DNA of 34,819 nucleotides from Arcobacter sp. (GTDB lineage Bacteria; Campylobacterota; Campylobacteria; Campylobacterales; Arcobacteraceae): NCBI GenBank assembly GCA_016744485.1, contig JADGEG010000001.1, positions 1 to 34,819 of the forward strand, read 5' to 3'. Shown piece by piece: positions 28,539 to 34,819 of this stretch (position 1 is its first letter; each line of letters starts with the position of its first letter). The notes under the pieces were generated by a model. It saw only the letters and a program-made list of their open reading frames with translations, ran no database searches and was not told where the DNA came from. The position numbers and the translations under genes were made by a program.

Positions 28539-28996
28539 AAATTAAACTTATAAGATTTTTTAGTATTTTTATCATCTTATTTGTCCTGGATCAAGTTGTA
28601 AAGTATGGTTTTGCAGTTCATTCTTGGAATTATGATGGTTCTTATATGTCTTTAAATTTAGCATATAATTATGGAGTAGCTTTTTCATTACTTTCTTTTT
28701 TAGCACAATACTTGAAGTATATACAATTAATTGTATTATTTTTTGGTTTTATTTATTTATATAAAAATCAAGATGTTTTTTTTAAATATCATATTTCTAT
28801 TTCCTTAATTTGTGCAGGAGGAATATCAAATATTTTAGATAGATTTACTTATGGTGGAGTTGTGGATTATTTTTACTGGCATTATGGTTTTGAATTTGCA
28901 ATATTTAATTTAGCAGATGTTTTTATAAATATAGCAATAGCAATTATAATATATATCCAAATTAAAGAATCTAGAAATGATAAGAAAAAAGTTTAA
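28535..28996 (+). CDS. lspA: Lipoprotein signal peptidase (signal peptidase II)
   Basis: NYGVAFSL and FNLADVFI catalytic-Asp motifs, four TM helices. ATGA overlap with glmM. Confidence 0.88.
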
Positions 28997-29028
28997 TTTA
29001 TTTTAAAATTCTAGCTTAAAACAAGTTT

Positions 29029-29037
29029 TGATATAAT
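29029..29037 (+). promoter_or_regulatory. Candidate extended -10 box (TGaTATAAT) upstream of leuC
   Basis: tgatataat lies 32 nt upstream of ATG 29069. AGGG RBS at 29058-29061. Confidence 0.4.
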
Positions 29038-29068
29038 ATGTTCAAATTAAAAAAATTAGGGTAATACA

Positions 29069-30337
29069 ATGGGACAAACAATAACTGAAAAAATATTTAG
29101 TGAGCATATGAAAAAAGATGTTTATGCAGGTGAGATTATTAGATGTGATATAGATATGGTAATAGGTAATGATATTACAACACCAATATCTATTAAAGCA
29201 TTTGAAGAAAGTAAAAAAGAAACATTAGCAAATCCAGATGGTTTTGCTATTGTACTTGACCATTTTATTCCTGCTAAAGATATAGCATCAGCAAATCAAG
29301 CTAGAATCTCAAGAGATTTTGCACTAAAACATGATTTGAAACATTTTTTTGATGAAAAAGATATGGGAATTGAACATGCACTATTACCTGAAAAAGGTTT
29401 GGTTCTTCCAGGAGATGTTATAATAGGAGCTGATTCTCATACCTGTACACATGGAGCTTTAGGAGCATTTTCTACTGGTATGGGAAGTACTGATATTTCA
29501 TTTGCTATGATTACAGGAGGAAATTGGTTTAAAGTTCCCCAATCAATAAAAGTAGTTTTCAAAGGAAAACCTAAAAAATTTGTAAGTGGTAAAGACTTAA
29601 TTTTAGAAATAATTAGAATATTAGGTGTTGATGGAGCTTTATATAAAACATTAGAGTTTACAGGAGATACTATTAAATACTTAAGTATGGATGATAGATT
29701 TTCTTTATGTAATATGTCCATTGAAGCAGGGGCAAAAAGTGGAATTATTGCTTATGATGAGATAACAGAAGAATTTTTAAATACAAGAGAAAGCTTACGA
29801 GATAAACCAAAGATATGTTATAGCGATGATGATGCTTCTTATTGTAAGGTTATAAATGTTGATGTGTCTGATTTAGAACCAGTTATTGCTTATCCTTTTT
29901 TACCATCAAATGGTCACCCTTTAAGTCAAGCTGTCAAAGATAATATAAAAGTTGATCAAGTATTTATAGGCTCATGTACTAATGGAAGATTAAGTGATTT
30001 TCAAATTGCTGCACAAATTTTAACAAATAAAAAAGTAGCACGACATACAAGACTAATAGTAACTCCTGGAACACAAAAGATTTTAAGAGAAGCCACAAAA
30101 TTAGGTTATATTGATATCTTAATAGATGCAGGTGCAGTTGTTTCTAATCCAACTTGTGGAGCATGTTTAGGTGGATATATGGGTATTTTAGGTGATAATG
30201 AAGTTTGTATTTCCACAACTAATAGAAACTTTGTAGGAAGAATGGGCAGTAGGAGTTCAAAAATATACTTATCAAATACAGCTGTTGCCGCAACTAGTGC
30301 AATATCTGGCTATATTAGTGATCCTTTATTAGTTTGA
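29069..30337 (+). CDS. leuC: 3-isopropylmalate dehydratase large subunit (short, ~420-aa type; a homoaconitase-like enzyme cannot be excluded)
   Basis: Aconitase-family Fe-S ligand motifs IGADSHTCTHGALGAF, IGSCTNGR, CGACLGG and NRNFVGRMG. Confidence 0.88.
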   Translation: MGQTITEKIFSEHMKKDVYAGEIIRCDIDMVIGNDITTPISIKAFEESKKETLANPDGFAIVLDHFIPAKDIASANQARISRDFALKHDLKHFFDEKDMGIEHALLPEKGLVLPGDVIIGADSHTCTHGALGAFSTGMGSTDISFAMITGGNWFKVPQSIKVVFKGKPKKFVSGKDLILEIIRILGVDGALYKTLEFTGDTIKYLSMDDRFSLCNMSIEAGAKSGIIAYDEITEEFLNTRESLRDKPKICYSDDDASYCKVINVDVSDLEPVIAYPFLPSNGHPLSQAVKDNIKVDQVFIGSCTNGRLSDFQIAAQILTNKKVARHTRLIVTPGTQKILREATKLGYIDILIDAGAVVSNPTCGACLGGYMGILGDNEVCISTTNRNFVGRMGSRSSKIYLSNTAVAATSAISGYISDPLLV

Positions 30338-30915
30338 TACATAAGACCAAAGAGCAAATACCTTGCATTATATTATGTGGAGGAAAAAGTTCAAGAATGC
30401 AAGAAGATAAAGCACTATTAGAGTTTTCTTCTTATTCTTCTTTATCACAGTTTCAGTATGAAAGATTAAACTTAGAATTTGAAAAAGTTTATATCTCGTC
30501 AAAAGAAAATAAATTTGATTTTGATGTAGATATTATTTTAGATAAAAATGAAACATACTCTCCTATAATTGCTTTACAAAGCATATTAAAAACTTTTGAA
30601 ACAAGTCATATAAAAAATGTTTTTATCTTAAGTGTAGATACCCCTTTTGTTAATATAAGTTCAATTAAAAAACTTATTTCATCTTTAAAAGAATATGATA
30701 TTTGTATAGCCCAAACTTCAAGAAAACATAATTTATGTGGAGTTTTTAATATAAATATTTTAAATAAAATTGATTTAATGCTAAATCAAAATATTCATAA
30801 AGTATCATATTTATTAGATAAGTGTGATACTAAATACATCACTTTTTTTAATGAGAATGAATTTATAAATTTAAATTACAAAAAAGATTATGAAAAAGCA
30901 TTAAAATTACTCTAA
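30334..30915 (+). CDS. mobA: Molybdenum cofactor guanylyltransferase-like (MobA family)
   Basis: N-terminal nucleotide-binding motif IILCGGKSSRMQEDKALL. Size of 193 aa. TTG start overlaps the leuC stop (TTGA). Confidence 0.68.
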   Translation: MIHKTKEQIPCIILCGGKSSRMQEDKALLEFSSYSSLSQFQYERLNLEFEKVYISSKENKFDFDVDIILDKNETYSPIIALQSILKTFETSHIKNVFILSVDTPFVNISSIKKLISSLKEYDICIAQTSRKHNLCGVFNINILNKIDLMLNQNIHKVSYLLDKCDTKYITFFNENEFINLNYKKDYEKALKLL

Positions 30916-30938
30916 TTATTTAATATATTTCTATTTTA

Positions 30939-32324
30939 TTAGATTTTATTTAGCCATTTTTGAAATTCTTCTATTTGTTCTTTTGTATTTTGTGTAGATG
31001 CTCCACCTTTTGAAGTTCTTGAATTCATAGATGTTTTTAAATCTAAGTGCATAATAACTTCTTCTTCTATATCTTTTAGGTCTTTACTAGCTTCTTGTAA
31101 TTCTTTAAGATTTAATTCACTTATATCTTTATTTAAAGTATTTGCATATTTAACTACATCTTTTGTTATATAATAAGCATCTCTAAATGCAATATTTTTT
31201 TTATCTACTAAATAATCTGCTAAATCTGTAGCACTTAAATGTCCTACTTTACAAGCATTAGCCATATTATTTTTATTGACTTCCATAGTATTTATAATTT
31301 CATTTAATATTTTTAAAGATATATTTATAGTTTTAACAGAATCAAATACACCTTCTTTATCTTCTTGGGTATCTTTATTATATGCTAAAGGCAAAGCTTT
31401 CATAACTGTAAATAAAGAAAATAAATTACCATAAACACGTCCAGTTTTACCACGTAATAGTTCAGGCACATCAGGATTCTTTTTTTGTGGCATAATAGAA
31501 GATGTTGTTGAATATTCATCACTTAGTTTAATAAATTGGAATTCATAAGATGACCACATTATTAACTCTTCAGAGATTCTTGAAACATGCATCATAGCTG
31601 TAGCAATATTAAATAAAATCTCTAAAGCAAAGTCTCTATTTGATACTGAATCCATAGCATGAGAGCTTGGAGCATTAAAATTAAGCATCTCACTTGTAGT
31701 ATTTCTATTTATTTTATGTGGAGTTCCAGCTAAGGCAGCACTTCCTAGAGGTGAGAAATTATTTCGTTCATATGAACTTTGAAATCTTTCATAATCCCTT
31801 TTAAACATATTTGCATAAGTTAATAAATGATAACCAAAATTCAATACTTGAGCATGTTGTAAATGAGTCATACCAGGCATTAAAGTATCTATATGCTTTG
31901 ATGCCATATTAACAAAAGTTGATATTAAGTTTTTTAATAAAACTTGAATGTCTAATGATTTTTCTTGAACATACAAAGTAAAATCACATACAACTTGATC
32001 GTTTCTACTTCTTGCCGTATGTAACTTTTTTCCAGTTTCTCCTATAATAACAGTTAATCTATTCTCTATTGCCATATGAATATCTTCATGCTCTAAAGAA
32101 AATACAAAGTTTTCTTCTTGTATTTCTTTTTGTATTTGTTCTAAAGCATCTTTTATTTGTAAATATTCTTCTTTAGAAATAATATTTTCTTTGCTTAACA
32201 TAAAACTATGTGCAAGTGAAGCTTTTATATCTTGAGTATACAATTCTTTATCAAATAAAATAGAAGCATTAAATTCATTTAATAATTTTGCATTTGTATT
32301 TTTTAATATTTGTTCATTTGACAT
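30939..32324 (-). CDS. argH: Argininosuccinate lyase
   Basis: Fumarate-lyase signature [33 protein letters not shown]. Confidence 0.95.
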   Translation of the reverse strand: MSNEQILKNTNAKLLNEFNASILFDKELYTQDIKASLAHSFMLSKENIISKEEYLQIKDALEQIQKEIQEENFVFSLEHEDIHMAIENRLTVIIGETGKKLHTARSRNDQVVCDFTLYVQEKSLDIQVLLKNLISTFVNMASKHIDTLMPGMTHLQHAQVLNFGYHLLTYANMFKRDYERFQSSYERNNFSPLGSAALAGTPHKINRNTTSEMLNFNAPSSHAMDSVSNRDFALEILFNIATAMMHVSRISEELIMWSSYEFQFIKLSDEYSTTSSIMPQKKNPDVPELLRGKTGRVYGNLFSLFTVMKALPLAYNKDTQEDKEGVFDSVKTINISLKILNEIINTMEVNKNNMANACKVGHLSATDLADYLVDKKNIAFRDAYYITKDVVKYANTLNKDISELNLKELQEASKDLKDIEEEVIMHLDLKTSMNSRTSKGGASTQNTKEQIEEFQKWLNKI

Positions 32325-32344
32325 ATATTTCCTTAAAGCCTTTT

Positions 32345-33439
32345 TTATTTAGCATTTGTTATTAAAACATCTTCCATCATCTTTGTGATATCTCCATCTA
32401 AAATAGAGTTTACATTTGAATAAGCTATATTTGATCTTGTATCTTTGATTTGCTGATATGGTTGCAATACATAAGATCTAATTTGATGTCCCCATCCTAT
32501 TTCACTTTTTTCTATGCCTTTTTCAATAGCTGCTTTATTTTCTAGTTCAAGTTCATAAAGTCTTGATTTTAACATCTTTAAAGCACTAGCTTTATTTTTA
32601 TGTTGAGATCTGTCGTTTTGACATTGTACAACTATATTTGTATCTAAATGTGTAATTCTAATAGCACTTTCTGTTTTATTAACATGCTGACCACCTGCAC
32701 CACTTGCTCTGTATGTATCTATTCTTATATCTTTATCTTCAATATTTATATTAATATCATCATCAATTTCAGGAGATACCATAACTGAAGCAAAAGAAGT
32801 GTGTCTTTTTGCATTTGAATCAAAAGGTGAGATTCGTACAAGTCTATGAATACCATTTTCTACTTTTAAATAACCATAAGCATTTAATCCTTTTATTATA
32901 AAAGAGACATCTTTTAAGCCTGCTTCTTCACCATTTTGATAATCAAGTATTTCTAACTTAAAATTTTGTCTTTGAGCCCATCTTAGGTACATCCTATAAA
33001 GCATAGAAGCCCAGTCTTGGCTTTCTGTTCCTCCTGCACCTGGATGAATAGATATAATAGCATTTAAAGTGTCATCTTTTTTTGCTAACATAAGAGATAT
33101 TTGTGTTGAAAGTATTAGACTTTCAAGATCTTTTGCTTCTTCATAAAGCATTAAAAAAGTATCTTCGTCATTATCAAGTTTTGCTAAGTCATAAAGTTCA
33201 TTTGTTCCATTTAGTGCTTCATAGGCTTTATTATATTTAGCTAGTTTTGATAATATATGGTTTTTTTCAATTCCTATTTTTGTGGCATTTTCAACATCTA
33301 GCCAAAAATCTTGCTTAGCTTCTAAATCTTCAATTTCTTTAATTCTAACATTTAGCTCTTTAGGTTTTAGTATATTTGTTATATTAACAAGTTGTATGTT
33401 TAGTGTTTTTAATAATTCACTATATTCATATTCATCCAT
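32345..33439 (-). CDS. prfB: Peptide chain release factor 2, encoded as a single uninterrupted ORF
   Basis: RF2 SPF tripeptide ([18 protein letters not shown]) and GGQ ([19 protein letters not shown]). The full N-terminus is in one frame. Confidence 0.95.
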   Translation of the reverse strand: MDEYEYSELLKTLNIQLVNITNILKPKELNVRIKEIEDLEAKQDFWLDVENATKIGIEKNHILSKLAKYNKAYEALNGTNELYDLAKLDNDEDTFLMLYEEAKDLESLILSTQISLMLAKKDDTLNAIISIHPGAGGTESQDWASMLYRMYLRWAQRQNFKLEILDYQNGEEAGLKDVSFIIKGLNAYGYLKVENGIHRLVRISPFDSNAKRHTSFASVMVSPEIDDDININIEDKDIRIDTYRASGAGGQHVNKTESAIRITHLDTNIVVQCQNDRSQHKNKASALKMLKSRLYELELENKAAIEKGIEKSEIGWGHQIRSYVLQPYQQIKDTRSNIAYSNVNSILDGDITKMMEDVLITNAK

Positions 33440-33442
33440 TCG

Positions 33443-34111
33443 CTATTTTATTTCTTTTTGATTTTTATTTTCTTCTTTGTTATTTTGTTTTAAGCCTTCT
33501 TGTTTCAAGCTTTGTATATAAGAGTAAACATTTTTCAAAGTTTGTTCTGATAACATCAAAGCATAAGGTTTCATTAAAAATGCTCGACCTCTATCATAAT
33601 CATCTATAGTATAATCTCTAATTGCTATTTTCATATCAGAATAATTTAAATCTACTAAAGGTCTTGAAGTATTTTGTGCTTTAATATTGGCATTTTTTCC
33701 ATGACATGAAAGGCATTTGTTTATATATAATTCTTTACCATTTTTTGACATAGTATATTTTATTTCTTGTTTTTTCTCTTCTACTTCTTGTTTTTTTCTT
33801 TTCTGTAGTCTTTGCATAATTCTTTTTTCTATTTTTTCTTCATCTAGCAAGCTTATTGTAGTTTCATCTTTTTTTAAAATATACACATAAGTTTTACCAT
33901 CTTTATTTGAACTTATATTTATGTCTTCGATTTTCCAATTTTTCTTTTTCATATCTTCTAAAGAATATAAACCTTTACATTCTCCACCATCAAGAGCAGT
34001 TCTTGAAATAGTACTTACATTTTTATGATTTTCTTTAAAACACATAGCTGTTTGTGAAAAAGCTAAAGTAGTAAAAAAGATTGTTATATATATGATTTTG
34101 ATAAGTTTCAT
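33443..34111 (-). CDS. Periplasmic two-domain c-type cytochrome (N-terminal Cys-containing domain, charged linker, class I cytochrome c domain)
   Basis: Signal peptide MKLIKIIYITIFFTTLAFSQ. Single haem motif CLSCHG with a candidate distal Met (FLMKPY). KE-rich helix between the domains. AAGGA RBS. Stop lies 3 nt from the prfB start. Confidence 0.7.
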   Translation of the reverse strand: MKLIKIIYITIFFTTLAFSQTAMCFKENHKNVSTISRTALDGGECKGLYSLEDMKKKNWKIEDINISSNKDGKTYVYILKKDETTISLLDEEKIEKRIMQRLQKRKKQEVEEKKQEIKYTMSKNGKELYINKCLSCHGKNANIKAQNTSRPLVDLNYSDMKIAIRDYTIDDYDRGRAFLMKPYALMLSEQTLKNVYSYIQSLKQEGLKQNNKEENKNQKEIK

Positions 34112-34147
34112 TTATATCCTTGTATTTATTAGTTTAAATCAAAGGAT

Positions 34148-34156
34148 ATTTTAGCA
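34148..34156 (-). promoter_or_regulatory. Candidate extended -10 box (TGcTAAAAT on the minus strand) for the cytochrome c-prfB-argH operon
   Basis: Plus-strand attttagca equals minus-strand TGCTAAAAT, 37 nt upstream of the cytochrome c ATG. Confidence 0.4.
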
Positions 34157-34214
34157 TAAGTCTTCTTAGTTAGTCTTGTACGAGTACTAGTTTTTAAAGC
34201 TTTTTAAAAGACAT

Positions 34215-34245
34215 AAAAAAAGCCTAGAAGTTAGACTTCTAAGCT
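34215..34245 (-). terminator. Rho-independent terminator downstream of the porin gene
   Basis: 11-bp stem (34221-34231 paired with 34235-34245) and a 3-nt loop. The single C-A mismatch on the plus strand becomes a G-U pair in the minus-strand RNA, followed by a U6-7 run (A-run at 34215-34221). Confidence 0.65.
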
Positions 34246-34342
34246 TTTTATTAAAACATCAATAGATATCAGGCTATTTTAAACTATTTCTAATTTAAAA
34301 ACAGACTAAGTATTAGTTAAAAATATTTTTCTAATTATTATA

Positions 34343-34819
34343 CTAGAAAGAATATTTTAATTCTAATCTACCTTTGTTAGTTTTAACACTATTATCTTTC
34401 ATCATTGAATAATAAGAAGAGATTTTAAAGTTACTACTCATAGCATAAGAAGCAGACACTGCAGTTTCTTTAGCTTTTATCTTATCCTTAGCAGGTTTAT
34501 ATTTAGTATTGATATGATCTAAACCTAAAGTAACACTATCGTTAGCTTTAAAAGAAACTCCAACTTTAAATGATTTAGCATCACTTTTCATAGAAGCATA
34601 ATGTTGTTTTAAATTAAAAGTATTAACTGCTGAATCACCAGATTTATCAATCGCTACACCACTATGAAGACCATTATGTTTACCTGTACTTGCAAAACCA
34701 GCACTTACAGTTGCCATACCTAAGTTAGCAGAAACATTTAATTTAGCTACAGATAATTTCTCACTTTTAACATCATCTAAATTTTTCTTAGAATATCTAG
34801 CAGAGATAGATACTACATC
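34343..34819 (-). CDS. Outer-membrane beta-barrel protein or porin, C-terminal part (gene continues past the right edge)
   Basis: Alternating amphipathic beta-strand pattern and a terminal ...RLELKYSF with C-terminal Phe. My translation shows the frame stays open upstream of the listed Met to position 34819 (…DVVSISARYSKKNLDDVKSEKLSVAKLNVSANLGMATV…). Confidence 0.6.
   Translation of the reverse strand, partial: DVVSISARYSKKNLDDVKSEKLSVAKLNVSANLGMATVSAGFASTGKHNGLHSGVAIDKSGDSAVNTFNLKQHYASMKSDAKSFKVGVSFKANDSVTLGLDHINTKYKPAKDKIKAKETAVSASYAMSSNFKISSYYSMMKDNSVKTNKGRLELKYSF

Noticed and set aside
32345-33439. Looked for the programmed +1 frameshift site (CUU UGA) that interrupts prfB in many bacteria
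   Set aside because: The whole RF2, including the N-terminal ~30 residues, is read in one uninterrupted frame. The frameshift is simply absent, which I believe is common in this phylum, so I do not count it as a finding.
25757-33439. prfA and prfB both lying within about 8 kb as a possible translation-termination island
   Set aside because: They sit in separate operons with unrelated housekeeping genes between them (glmM, lspA, leuC, argH). There is nothing to suggest more than coincidence.
34112-34342. The longest intergenic region (231 bp), examined for a tRNA, small RNA or small ORF
   Set aside because: It is fully accounted for by the porin terminator hairpin and the candidate promoter and RBS of the cytochrome c operon. 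There is no cloverleaf-like structure, and only a ~20-codon ORF without an RBS.

Overview
This is a very AT-rich bacterial chromosomal window. Gene content, protein motifs (HQWRQPL histidine-kinase H-box, short TilS, ~420-aa LeuC) and repeated TGnTAtAAT extended -10 boxes suggest Campylobacterota, probably an Arcobacter-like organism; this is inference, since no search was possible. About 26 kb (8.7-34.8 kb) is tightly packed housekeeping: rimO-tilS-uvrB, an M23 peptidase, yebC, an AraC/GyrI regulator divergent from an aminotransferase, a dCache chemoreceptor, cdsA-dxr-(two small accessory genes)-tsaD, an orphan family-5 solute-binding protein, rplM-rpsI, rpsT-prfA-psiE-like, glmM-lspA, leuC-mobA, cytochrome c-prfB-argH, and a truncated porin at the right edge. 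I found no rRNA, tRNA, CRISPR array, IS element, prophage or recognisable defence genes. The one clearly accessory region is the left 8.6 kb. It holds a compact minus-strand six-gene operon: TolC-family channel, type I secretion ABC exporter, HlyD adaptor, an ankyrin + Ig-like + OmpA-like lipoprotein, a WG-repeat lipoprotein, and a sensor-less histidine kinase that runs off the left edge. An orphan OmpR-type response regulator is transcribed divergently. The unusual points are a SPOR-like peptidoglycan-binding domain fused to the TolC C-terminus through an acidic linker with a perfect 36-bp tandem duplication, a second peptidoglycan-binding (OmpA-like) module on the ankyrin lipoprotein, and the absence of any secretion substrate gene in the window. 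This is my best candidate for an undescribed system, a cell-wall-tethered and possibly septum- or pole-targeted type I secretion apparatus under two-component control. All domain calls are by-eye motif recognition and need HMM and neighbourhood checks.
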